A DNA stretch of 64,000 nt, from the NCBI GenBank assembly GCA_045654505.1, contig JAZONM010000018.1, positions 4,581-68,580 on the forward strand. Reading direction: 5' to 3'. Shown piece after piece: positions 53,779 to 63,342 of the stretch. Positions within the stretch are counted from its first letter, which is position 1; each line of letters opens with the position of its first letter. Under the pieces are notes generated by a model, which was not told where the DNA came from, ran no database searches, and worked only from the letters and a program-made list of their open reading frames with translations. A program made the position numbers and the translations under genes. Source of the stretch: Clostridia bacterium (GTDB lineage: Bacteria; Bacillota; Clostridia; Christensenellales; UBA1242).

Positions 53779-54966
53779 ATGGATTTATTTAAAAAGACAG
53801 AAAGAGAACAAATTTATGATGTCGCAAAAAATGCGGGTATTTACCCTTATTTTCATGAGTTGCGCACAGGACAAGATACGGTTGTAGACATGGAAGGTCA
53901 CCGCACAATTATGATTGGCTCCAACAACTATCTTGGACTTACTTCTCACCCAGAAGTAGTAAAGGCTGGTGTTGAGGCTATTGAGAAATATGGTAGCGGT
54001 TGTAGTGGTTCTAGATTCCTAAACGGAACACTTGATATTCACGTTGCATTTGAAAAAGAACTTGCAGAGTTTTTGCACAAAGAAGCTTGTGTTACATTTA
54101 GTACTGGCTTTCAATCAAATCTTGGCATAATCAGTGCAATTTGTGGCCGTAACGACTATATTATGTGCGATAAAGAAAACCACGCATCGATATACGACGC
54201 TTGTAGATTGAGTTATGGAAAACTTGTAAGATATGAGCACAATGACATGGAAGACTTGGAAGAGAAATTAAAACAAGTACCTGAAGAGTGTGGAATTTTG
54301 ATTGTTACCGACGGTGTATTTAGTATGAGTGGAGAGATTTGCAATCTTCCAAAACTTGTAGAGCTAAAACACAAATATGGTGCTAGAATAATGATTGACG
54401 ACGCTCATGGTCTAGGTGTTCTTGGAAAATGCGGTCGTGGCACTGGCGAACACTTTGATTTGGAAGACGAAGTTGATATTATTATGGGTACTTTCTCAAA
54501 ATCATTTGCGAGCCTTGGCGGATATATGGCTAGTTCAAAAAGGGTAGTAGAGTATGTAAAACACACATCTCGTCCATATATATTTAGTGCAAGTATTACA
54601 CCTGCAAGTGTTGCTTGTGCGAGAAAATCACTTGAAATTTTGAAAAGAGAACCTGAGCGTGTAGAAAATTTACGCAATATCAGCAATTATATGAGAAATG
54701 GACTTAAAAATCTTGGAGTTGATTTGATTGAAGCAGAGACTCCGATTATTCCTATTTATGTATATGATGATAAAAAGGCTTTCATTGCTTGTAAAATGTT
54801 GTTGGAGCGTGGTGTATATGTAAATCCTGTTGTTTCTCCTGCGACTCCAGTAGGACAAGCACTTCTTCGTACATCATACACTTCCACCCATACTAAAGAG
54901 CAAATGGACGAAGCTATGACAAAAATTAAAGAGGTTTTGGATATTTTAAAAGATATGGAAGTATAA
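53779..54966 (+). CDS. PLP-dependent alpha-oxoamine synthase, serine palmitoyltransferase-like
   Basis: IYPYF, SNNYLGL, GSRFLNGTLDIH, NHASIYD, DDAH, GTFSKS. Confidence 0.8.
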   Translation: MDLFKKTEREQIYDVAKNAGIYPYFHELRTGQDTVVDMEGHRTIMIGSNNYLGLTSHPEVVKAGVEAIEKYGSGCSGSRFLNGTLDIHVAFEKELAEFLHKEACVTFSTGFQSNLGIISAICGRNDYIMCDKENHASIYDACRLSYGKLVRYEHNDMEDLEEKLKQVPEECGILIVTDGVFSMSGEICNLPKLVELKHKYGARIMIDDAHGLGVLGKCGRGTGEHFDLEDEVDIIMGTFSKSFASLGGYMASSKRVVEYVKHTSRPYIFSASITPASVACARKSLEILKREPERVENLRNISNYMRNGLKNLGVDLIEAETPIIPIYVYDDKKAFIACKMLLERGVYVNPVVSPATPVGQALLRTSYTSTHTKEQMDEAMTKIKEVLDILKDMEV

Positions 54967-54994
54967 TTTCCAAAACTCTACAAAAGAGATAGAT

Positions 54995-56722
54995 ATGTTG
55001 ATTAGAGATTATTTAGACAATATTTTAATAAAGACATTTGAAAAATTGGGCTATGACACAAGTCTTGCCCATGTGTCTTTTTCTGACCGTACTGACATTG
55101 CTCACCTTCAATGCAATGGGGCATTTGGTCTTGCAAAAACATTACACAAAAATCCGTTTGATTTGGCCACTGAAATCTCAGAGGAACTAAAACAACAACT
55201 TCCTCAATTTGAAATTAGTGTTGTGCGTCCAGGTTTTATCAATTTTATAATAAAATCTGAGTTTCTAGCTGAAACAGCCAAAAAACTTGTTGCGGATAAA
55301 AGGTTTGGTCTTCCATATATAAATAAAGGTGAGAAGGTCGTATTTGACTATGGTGGAGCCAATATTGCAAAACCACTTCACGTAGGTCATCTTCGACCGG
55401 CTATTATCGGTGAAGCCCTAAATTCCCTTTACAAGCTTCTTGGATTTGACACAGTAAGTGATGTACACCTTGGTGATTGGGGTCTTCAAATGGGACTTAC
55501 TATTGCCCAACTTATGGACGATTACGACATGAGTGGATATTTTGAAGAAGGTAAACCAAAGACTCCAATTTCTCTTGAAATGCTTGATATATGTTATCCA
55601 AAAGCATCAGCTAGAAAGAAAGAAGATGACGAGTTTAATGCACGTGCAAGCAAGATCACGTTAGAACTTCAAAATGGACATAAAGCTTATCGTGAAATGT
55701 GGAAACAAATCTGCGATGTCTCAATAGTCGATTGTAAAAAACTTTATGACGAACTTGGCGCACACTTTGATTTGTGGTTAGGCGAGAGCAGTGTAAACGA
55801 GCTGGTACCTAATGTAGTAGAGGATCTAAAACAACAAGGCATTGCGTATAAGAGTGAAGGTGCATTGGTTGTTGATGTGGCTGATGATCTGCCACCTGCT
55901 ATTATTTTAAAGAGCAATGGCGCGCAAATGTACGCTATTACAGACATTGCGACCATTGTCGACAGAGTGAAAAAATACAAGGATTTGCGCCGTATTATCT
56001 ACCTTACTGATGCAAGACAAGGTCTTCACTTCAAACAAGTATTTACAGTATGTAGAAAAGCCAATTTTGTAGATGATAAATTTAATCTTACACATATTGG
56101 GTTTGGTACAATCAATGGCAAAGATGGAAAACCTTTCAAGACTCGTGATGGCGGAACAGTAAAATTGCGCTCTCTTATCAATATGGTCGAAGAAAAGGCT
56201 CACGAAAAACTTCTTCAAAACAATGCCAATGTCGACGATACTCATAGACTTGCAAGTCAAGTTGCAATGGCTGCAATCAAATATGGCGATTTGTCCAATG
56301 TTGTGTCAAAAGACTATATTTTTGATGTTGACAAATTTACTAGCTTTGAAGGAAAGACTGGTCCATATATCCAATATACCGGAGTGCGTATAAAATCCTT
56401 GTTGAATAAAGCAAACTATGTATTCAGTCCAAAGACATTTAATGTCAGTATAAATAATGCAGAGACTCAAAACATTATGCTTGCATTATTTAAATACCTG
56501 GATTCATTTATACAATCCTACAAAGACAATTCACTTAATTCATTATGTCTAGAATTGTACAATCTTTGTAGCGCATTCTCCACATTCTACAATAATGTTA
56601 AGATATTGATAGAACCTGATAAAAAATTGCGTGAAAGTTATCTAAACTTGTCTCAATTGGTACTAAAAGCAATAAATCTTGGCACAGATATTCTTGGTTT
56701 TGTTATTCCCGAACAAATGTAG
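54995..56722 (+). CDS. argS: Arginine-tRNA ligase
   Basis: NIAKPLHVGHLR, HLGDWG, FKTRDG, GPYIQY. Confidence 0.96.
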   Translation: MLIRDYLDNILIKTFEKLGYDTSLAHVSFSDRTDIAHLQCNGAFGLAKTLHKNPFDLATEISEELKQQLPQFEISVVRPGFINFIIKSEFLAETAKKLVADKRFGLPYINKGEKVVFDYGGANIAKPLHVGHLRPAIIGEALNSLYKLLGFDTVSDVHLGDWGLQMGLTIAQLMDDYDMSGYFEEGKPKTPISLEMLDICYPKASARKKEDDEFNARASKITLELQNGHKAYREMWKQICDVSIVDCKKLYDELGAHFDLWLGESSVNELVPNVVEDLKQQGIAYKSEGALVVDVADDLPPAIILKSNGAQMYAITDIATIVDRVKKYKDLRRIIYLTDARQGLHFKQVFTVCRKANFVDDKFNLTHIGFGTINGKDGKPFKTRDGGTVKLRSLINMVEEKAHEKLLQNNANVDDTHRLASQVAMAAIKYGDLSNVVSKDYIFDVDKFTSFEGKTGPYIQYTGVRIKSLLNKANYVFSPKTFNVSINNAETQNIMLALFKYLDSFIQSYKDNSLNSLCLELYNLCSAFSTFYNNVKILIEPDKKLRESYLNLSQLVLKAINLGTDILGFVIPEQM

Positions 56723-56785
56723 AAATTGGCAATATAATGACTTAAAAGAGCACATTTTGTGTTCTTTTTTTATTGCTAAATTTTG

Positions 56786-56815
56786 CATAATAAAACTCTT
56801 TCTTTTGCATAGAAT
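56786..56815 (+). promoter_or_regulatory. SigE-type promoter
   Basis: CATAATAA...CATAGAAT upstream of the ytxC-like gene. Confidence 0.55.
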
Positions 56816-56831
56816 AATTGCGAGAGGAGAT

Positions 56832-57560
56832 ATGAAAAAAATTGTTGTACATTTTATTCTGAATCATCATAAATATGTTCAAGAATTGCTAGTGAGACTT
56901 AAATTGATAGACAATATTTCTGTAGCATGCAAAAAAACAAAGTATGTATCAGTGGCGATTATAATCAATAGCGATATTGAAGAGACATATGACAATCTGA
57001 TTGTCATTATATCTTCATATATTCTAAAAGCATACAAAACAGATTACTTTAATCAAAGCACTCGTATTTCAAAACAGTTGGAAAATTGTAAAACAGCACT
57101 TGTGAAGTCATTGGTAGGGTTTGATTTTGAAAACGAACTTTTTTATTTGTCGGGTTTGATTGATGATTATGATGAAATATATACTGACTCATTATACTTT
57201 TTTAAAATGCAAAAGTTGCAAATGAAGTGGGGAGAATTTTCGTGTGTGGTAAACTTAAGCACGAAGGTTGATCAAAATCCTGACCTGTATATTGAATTTT
57301 TAAGATTTTTATCCAGTAATAAAAATGATGATATTATGGAAGTAAATTTGCATATCAAAGACAACTCGTATTTGTTATGTGATAATAACCAAAATCTCTT
57401 ATGTAAAATAACAAGTCTTAAAGACACAATAGGACTTGCAACTATCCTGGTAAATTTGTCTCCAAAAGTAATAAATATTTACAATTTTACAAATATGAAC
57501 CGTGACACATTCAAGTCACTATATTATATTTTCAGCACAAAAATAAATATGTTGGTGTAA
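56832..57560 (+). CDS. YtxC-like sporulation protein
   Basis: RBS GAGGAG; YIEFLRFL and LVNLSPKVINIY segments; directly upstream of thrS as in ytxC-thrS. Confidence 0.6.
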   Translation: MKKIVVHFILNHHKYVQELLVRLKLIDNISVACKKTKYVSVAIIINSDIEETYDNLIVIISSYILKAYKTDYFNQSTRISKQLENCKTALVKSLVGFDFENELFYLSGLIDDYDEIYTDSLYFFKMQKLQMKWGEFSCVVNLSTKVDQNPDLYIEFLRFLSSNKNDDIMEVNLHIKDNSYLLCDNNQNLLCKITSLKDTIGLATILVNLSPKVINIYNFTNMNRDTFKSLYYIFSTKINMLV

Positions 57561-57691
57561 ATAATCGCTTAAATCATGTGTTTTTAGGCGATTTTTTTGT
57601 CTATCCACTTTGAAAAACATTGCAAAACTCAACTATATTTGTTATACTTAATAAGTCTTTTTTAAGACAATAAATCAAAAAGGTGGAAATT

Positions 57692-59422
57692 ATGAGCGAA
57701 CAAAATGAAAAAGAAATGATGCAAAGACACAGTATGGCGCATGTTCTTGCAAAAGCACTTTGCCAAATTTATGGAGATGTAAAACTTACAATCGGTCCTG
57801 CAATCGATAATGGATTTTACTACGACATAGATATGACGACGGCTCTTACACCTGAAGATTTTCCAAAAATTGAAGAAAAGATGACAGAGATTATCAAAAA
57901 CAACGAGGATTTTACTCGTAAAGAAATCTCAAAGTCAGACGCATTAAAATTATTTAAAGACAATGCATATAAGACCGAACTTATAAACGAACTTCCTGAA
58001 GGTGAGGTTATATCAGTATATTATCTAGGTAAAGATTTTGTCGACCTATGCCGTGGACCTCACGTAGAAAACACAAAATATTTGCGCGGTTTTGCTTTCA
58101 AAATCAATAAAGTGGCAGGCGCATACTGGCGTGGAAATGAAAAAAATAAGATGTTGCAAAGAGTATATGTATATGGCTTTATGGACAAAAATGGTCTTAA
58201 AGAACATTTGCGTATGATAGAGGAGGCTGCAAAACGTGACCACAGAAAACTTGGTCGTGATTTAGACCTATTCTTTATATCAGAGTATGCTCCAGGATGC
58301 CCTACATACATGCCTCATGGTATGTTGCTTAAAAACCAACTTATCGATTACTGGCGCGAAATGCACAGAAAGGCTGGTTATGTTGAGATTGAGACTCCAA
58401 TTACAATGAATAGAAAACTATGGGAGACTTCTGGACACTGGGAGCACTATAGAAAGAATATGTATACATTCAAGATTGAGGACGAAGATTTTGCTGTAAA
58501 ACCTATGAACTGTCCAGGTGGACTTCTATACTACAAGGAAAATATCCACTCATACCGCGAATTTCCATTGCGTGTGGCCGAACTTGGTCGTGTACACAGA
58601 CATGAGGCAAGTGGTACATTGCATGGTTTGATGCGTGTACGTACATTTGTACAAGACGACGCACATATCTTCATGCTTCCTAATCAAATAGCTGACGAGG
58701 TTAAAAATGTATTGACCTTAGTAGATGAAATGTATAAGACATTTGGTCTAGAATATCACCTTGAGCTTTCAACAATGCCTGAGGACCATATTGGTGACAT
58801 TAAGGATTGGGAGTTTGCTGAAAATTCACTTAAAGAGGCTCTTGCACTTATCGGTCGTGACTACGAATTGAATGAAGGTGATGGTGCTTTCTATGGTCCA
58901 AAAATCGATATTCATATTAAAGATGCTATTGGTCGTACTTGGCAATGTGGAACAATCCAACTTGATATGCAACTTCCAAAAAGATTTAATATAGATTATA
59001 TTGATAGCGACGGAACAAAGAAAGAACCTGTTATGATTCACCGCGTTATTTATGGATCGATTGACCGCTTCATTGGTATTATCATTGAAAACTTCGCAGG
59101 TGCATTCCCAGTATGGCTAAGCCCAGTACAAGCGAAAGTTATGAATATCAGTGACAATTCATTAGAGTACGCAAAACATGTAGTCGAGGAATTGAATAAA
59201 TACAATATACGTGTAGAACTTGACGATAGAAATGAGTCTATCAATAAAAAGATTCGTGATGCGCAAGTACAAAAGACTCCATATATGCTAGTAGTAGGCG
59301 ACAAGGAAATGGCTGATGGTAGTGTTGCTGTAAGAAAAAGAGGCGAGGGAGATAAAGGGGCTGTAAAACTTGATGACTTTATCTCATCAATCCTAAAAGA
59401 AATCGCCACTAAAGCATTATAA
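57692..59422 (+). CDS. thrS: Threonine-tRNA ligase (no N-terminal TGS domain)
   Basis: HSMAH, DLCRGPH, RDHRKLG, KPMNCP, GAFYGPKID. Confidence 0.97.
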   Translation: MSEQNEKEMMQRHSMAHVLAKALCQIYGDVKLTIGPAIDNGFYYDIDMTTALTPEDFPKIEEKMTEIIKNNEDFTRKEISKSDALKLFKDNAYKTELINELPEGEVISVYYLGKDFVDLCRGPHVENTKYLRGFAFKINKVAGAYWRGNEKNKMLQRVYVYGFMDKNGLKEHLRMIEEAAKRDHRKLGRDLDLFFISEYAPGCPTYMPHGMLLKNQLIDYWREMHRKAGYVEIETPITMNRKLWETSGHWEHYRKNMYTFKIEDEDFAVKPMNCPGGLLYYKENIHSYREFPLRVAELGRVHRHEASGTLHGLMRVRTFVQDDAHIFMLPNQIADEVKNVLTLVDEMYKTFGLEYHLELSTMPEDHIGDIKDWEFAENSLKEALALIGRDYELNEGDGAFYGPKIDIHIKDAIGRTWQCGTIQLDMQLPKRFNIDYIDSDGTKKEPVMIHRVIYGSIDRFIGIIIENFAGAFPVWLSPVQAKVMNISDNSLEYAKHVVEELNKYNIRVELDDRNESINKKIRDAQVQKTPYMLVVGDKEMADGSVAVRKRGEGDKGAVKLDDFISSILKEIATKAL

Positions 59423-59450
59423 ATTATATGCAGTATAAACATGCTGATTT

Positions 59451-59479
59451 AAAAGACACCGATCGGTGTCTTTTTTTTT
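59451..59479 (+). terminator. thrS terminator
   Basis: AAAAGACACCGATCGGTGTCTTTTTTTTT. Confidence 0.8.
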
Positions 59480-59536
59480 GCATATTGACAACAACAATAA
59501 TTTGTGATAATATACTTCTACTTGAGAGGTGTAATT

Positions 59537-60247
59537 ATGTCATATTTAAGGTATATTGATCATGTTTTGTATAAAGCGGTTTTAAATGGCGATTTTGATA
59601 AAGTGGAAGGCTTGATTAAGCAAGGTGCTAATCCAAATATTAAAATATCAAGCGGATATTCTCTTTTACATATTGCCGCTAAAAGTAATTATAGTGAAAT
59701 TTGCAATGCCTTGATAAATGCTGGTGCTGATCTAAACAAATTAAATTTAGATAAAATATCTCCATTACACATGGCTTGTATTTATAATAGTGAAGAGAGT
59801 GTAGATGTTTTGCTTAATGCTAAAGCAGAACTAGATATCAAAGGCGTTGATGGAGCTACACCGCTACATTCAGCTTCAAGATGGGGTAGAGTAAGTATAA
59901 TAGAAAAACTTGTAAATGCTGGTGCATCAATAAACATAGAGGACAATAATCGTAATACTCCACTGCACTATGCTGTTAGGGAAGATGTAAACGGCGCAGT
60001 ATCATGTTTGATAGAGAATGGTGCCGCTATCGATCCAGTAAATTCACAGTTTGAGACGCCTCTTTTTGTCGGAGTAAAGACCCATGCGCAAAAAAATATA
60101 CTCAAAACATTGTTAGATAATGGTGCCAATCCTCATAAAGAGAATTTTTTTGGAGATACACCATATTCAATTTCAAGAGGTACTACACGACATTTGTTTG
60201 ATAGACATATTGAAAATAGTTCATCAAAAACTGACGTAAGTAAATGA
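59537..60247 (+). CDS. Ankyrin-repeat protein
   Basis: About 6 G/NxTPLH.A...L.nAGA repeats; RBS GAGGTG; own TTGACA..GATAAT promoter. Confidence 0.92.
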   Translation: MSYLRYIDHVLYKAVLNGDFDKVEGLIKQGANPNIKISSGYSLLHIAAKSNYSEICNALINAGADLNKLNLDKISPLHMACIYNSEESVDVLLNAKAELDIKGVDGATPLHSASRWGRVSIIEKLVNAGASINIEDNNRNTPLHYAVREDVNGAVSCLIENGAAIDPVNSQFETPLFVGVKTHAQKNILKTLLDNGANPHKENFFGDTPYSISRGTTRHLFDRHIENSSSKTDVSK

Positions 60248-60255
60248 AAATAAAG

Positions 60256-60280
60256 AAAGACACCAATCGGGGTCTTTTTT
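60256..60280 (+). terminator. Degenerate copy of thrS terminator
   Basis: AAAGACACCAATCGGGGTCTTTTTT. Confidence 0.6.
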
Positions 60281-60367
60281 TAATCTATTTTAAAATAGTA
60301 GAGTCAATATTAAAAAATAAGTAAAAAGTGTTGACAAGCGTGGAGTTATGTCATATAATAGACTCGT

Positions 60368-60485
60368 AAAAAGTAGAAGAAACTTACTTCTCACCAGCAA
60401 ATGAAAGATTTTCGCTTGGTAATCATAAATACAATTAGGTTGTTTTTTATGTGAGAAGTGGGTAGTATGTATCCACTTTTTTTAA
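60368..60485 (+). promoter_or_regulatory. L20 ribosomal protein leader
   Basis: AGTAGAAG...CTTCTCAC...GTGAGAAG, then GTGG..CCAC-polyT hairpin upstream of infC-rpmI-rplT; TTGACA/TATAAT promoter at 60331-60359. Confidence 0.8.
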
Positions 60486-60526
60486 TGCCTGTACGTCAGG
60501 TGAAATATTTTTGGAGGTAAACTACT

Positions 60527-61039
60527 ATTAAAGACTTATTGATCAATGAGCAGATTACTGCTAAAGAAGTTAGATTGATTGGAAGTGACGGGACCCAACA
60601 TGGAGTTGTATCACTATCATTTGCAATGCAAAAAGCAGATGAAGAAGAATTTGACCTTGTGTTGATTTCACCTACAGCCAATCCACCAGTATGTAAAATT
60701 ATGGACTACGGAAAATATCGTTTTGATGCATCTAAAAAAGAAAAAGACGCTAAAAAACGCCAAAAAGTAGCCGAGCTAAAAGGTATGCAACTTAGCATGA
60801 ATATAGCCGATAATGATATGCAATTTAAAGCAAAGAATGTAAGAAAATTTATCACTAACGGCGATAAGGTAAAAGTAAGCCTTCGTATGTTTGGACGCCA
60901 ACTAGCAAATCCGCAAATGGGACTTCCAATCATGGAGAAATTTTACCAAATGTTGAGTGATGTAGCAGACCTTACATCAAAACCTGAAATCAATGGCCGA
61001 AATATAATAATGGTACTATCACCAAAAAACACAAAATAA
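60527..61039 (+). CDS. infC: Translation initiation factor IF-3 (ATT start)
   Basis: GGAGG then in-frame ATT at 60527; INEQI, PPVCKIMDYGKY. Confidence 0.95.
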   Translation: MKDLLINEQITAKEVRLIGSDGTQHGVVSLSFAMQKADEEEFDLVLISPTANPPVCKIMDYGKYRFDASKKEKDAKKRQKVAELKGMQLSMNIADNDMQFKAKNVRKFITNGDKVKVSLRMFGRQLANPQMGLPIMEKFYQMLSDVADLTSKPEINGRNIIMVLSPKNTK

Positions 61040-61065
61040 ACAATTAGAATAAAAGGAGAAAAATT

Positions 61066-61260
61066 ATGCCAAAGCAAAAAACAAACAGCGCAGCGAAGAA
61101 AAGATTTAGCCTTAAGAAATCTGGCGTAATCAAAAGAAACAAACAAAATCGCCGCCACATACTTACTAAAAAATCACAAGATAGAAAAAGAGGACTTAGA
61201 AAAGCAACTTACGTATCAAGTGCAGACTACGATACAGTAAAGAGAATGCTTAATAGCTAA
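61066..61260 (+). CDS. rpmI: 50S ribosomal protein L35
   Basis: MPKQKT..AAKKRF, HILTKK. Confidence 0.96.
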   Translation: MPKQKTNSAAKKRFSLKKSGVIKRNKQNRRHILTKKSQDRKRGLRKATYVSSADYDTVKRMLNS

Positions 61261-61274
61261 TAGAGGAGGAAATT

Positions 61275-61634
61275 ATGAGAATTAAGAGAAGTGTTAATGC
61301 TTTAAAGAAAAGAAGAAAAATATTAAGAGCTGCTAAAGGTTATAGAGGTTCTCGTAGCAAACTTTATCGTATAGCTAATCAAGCAGTTATGAAAAGCGGA
61401 AACTACGCATATGTAGGAAGAAAACTTAAAAAGAGAGATTTCCGCAAACTATGGATTGCACGTATCAATGCTGGTTGTCATGCCAATAATATGTCATACA
61501 GCCAATTTATGCACGGTCTAAAACTTGCTAATATCAATCTTAATCGTAAAGTTCTTGCTGACCTTGCACTTACAGACGAAAAAGCATTTGCAAGCCTTGT
61601 AGAAACAGCAAAAACAGCTATTGCCAATGCCTAA
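61275..61634 (+). CDS. rplT: 50S ribosomal protein L20
   Basis: AKGYRG, RDFRKLWIARINA, LNRKVLA. Confidence 0.97.
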   Translation: MRIKRSVNALKKRRKILRAAKGYRGSRSKLYRIANQAVMKSGNYAYVGRKLKKRDFRKLWIARINAGCHANNMSYSQFMHGLKLANINLNRKVLADLALTDEKAFASLVETAKTAIANA

Positions 61635-61683
61635 TTTTTATGCCACTACTTTTTTAGTGGCATATCTTTTGTAAGGAGGGGAT

Positions 61684-62451
61684 ATGGAAGTTATCTCTAG
61701 CAAATCAAACGACATTATAAAATATGCTGTCGGACTTAAGGACAAAAAACACTGTATCAAATCAGGCGAGTGTCTTGTGGAAAGTGAAAAAGTGGTTCAT
61801 GACCTTATCAAAAACAACAAAATGATTTCCACACTGCTTGTTAATGAAAAGAAAAGAGATAGATATGAATATATAACAAATTCTTTTACTGGAAAGGTTG
61901 TTTATATTACAGAAGCTCTGTCAGACTATCTTTGTGATACAGTGACTTCAAGTGGTATATTTGCATTCGTAAAAACACCAAAAAACACGCTTAAGAAAGG
62001 CAATTTTATTGTGCTTGAAAATTTGCAAGATCCATCAAATCTTGGTGCAATAATCCGTTCTGCCCGAGCTTTTAATTACAACAATATTATTATGATTAGT
62101 GGTGTATTTCCGTACAATTATAAAGTAATCAGAAGTAGCATGGGTTATGTTTTCGACGTCAATATTGTCGAGATGACATATGATGAATTGGACGAGTACA
62201 TCAAAGGTAATAATATGCTTTTGTACTGTGCTGATATGGACGGTTTTGATGTATTCGATACGCCTTCCACTTCATGCAATTACGGTTTTGTAATAGGAAA
62301 TGAAGGGAATGGTGTAAGTTTGCAAATGAAAAACATGTGCAATAGCGTCCTATCCATTCCAATGCAAAACAATGTAGAAAGTCTTAATGCTAGTGTCAGT
62401 GCTAGCATCATGATGTATATGCTAAACAAAATCAATAAGGAGAAGAAATAA
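61684..62451 (+). CDS. TrmH/SpoU-family RNA methyltransferase
   Basis: QDPSNLGAIIRSA, GNEGNG, ESLNASVS. Confidence 0.92.
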   Translation: MEVISSKSNDIIKYAVGLKDKKHCIKSGECLVESEKVVHDLIKNNKMISTLLVNEKKRDRYEYITNSFTGKVVYITEALSDYLCDTVTSSGIFAFVKTPKNTLKKGNFIVLENLQDPSNLGAIIRSARAFNYNNIIMISGVFPYNYKVIRSSMGYVFDVNIVEMTYDELDEYIKGNNMLLYCADMDGFDVFDTPSTSCNYGFVIGNEGNGVSLQMKNMCNSVLSIPMQNNVESLNASVSASIMMYMLNKINKEKK

Positions 62452-63182
62452 TGAGTGGTCATAATAAGTGGAGTAAAATCAAAAATGTAAAAGCTGCAAA
62501 TGACGCTGCCAACTCAAAAATTTATTCAAAACTTGGTCGCGAAATCACTGTTGCTGTAAAACTTGGTGGTCCTGACCCTAATAGCAATCCTAGATTAAAG
62601 ACTGTTATTGCTAAAGCTCGTGCTGTCAATATGCCAAATGACAATATCAATCGTAATATCAAGCGTGCTACTGGTGAGGATGCTAATGTAAACTACGACA
62701 ATATTACATACGAAGGATATGGCATAGCTGGTAGTGCAGTTATGGTATATGCTTTGACTGACAATAAAAATCGCACAGCAAGTGATGTAAGACACTTGTT
62801 TGACAAATTCGGGGGAAGTCTTGGCGCTACCGGTTGTGTCAATTATTTGTTTGACCGTAAGGGTGTTATTGTTGTTGCGAAAGGTAAAGGCATTAGTGAT
62901 GATGATATCATGATGCATGCACTAGAGGGCGGTGCTGATGACGTTGAGATCAATGACGATTGTTATGTTGTCTATACTAGCACTGAAAATTTTGAGGCTG
63001 TAAAAACATATTTTGACGACAATAAAATCGCTTATGAGGAAGCAGATCTTGATATGATTCCTCAAAATTATGTTACACTTCCTGAAGATAAAATCCCTAC
63101 ATTTGCTAAGTTTATCAATGCTCTTAATGACAATGATGACGTGCAAGAAGTGTATCATAATGTAGAAAATTTTGATGAATAA
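62451..63182 (+). CDS. YebC/PmpR-family protein
   Basis: MSGHNKW, YEGYG, TDNKNRT, DDVQEVYHN. Confidence 0.96.
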   Translation: MSGHNKWSKIKNVKAANDAANSKIYSKLGREITVAVKLGGPDPNSNPRLKTVIAKARAVNMPNDNINRNIKRATGEDANVNYDNITYEGYGIAGSAVMVYALTDNKNRTASDVRHLFDKFGGSLGATGCVNYLFDRKGVIVVAKGKGISDDDIMMHALEGGADDVEINDDCYVVYTSTENFEAVKTYFDDNKIAYEEADLDMIPQNYVTLPEDKIPTFAKFINALNDNDDVQEVYHNVENFDE

Positions 63183-63342
63183 AATTTAAGACAGGCATAC
63201 CTGTCTTTTTTTAATAAATATTTTAGAAAGTAAGTTTGTAAAGAGTAAATAATTTATAAACAAATATAATGACACGATTAGAGACTGACGTTGACTTAAA
63301 AAAATTATAATGATATACTCAAAAAAATTGGGCGGTGAGAAA

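Noticed and set aside
60527-60529. Unusual ATT start codon as a novelty
   Set aside because: Well-established autoregulatory feature of infC
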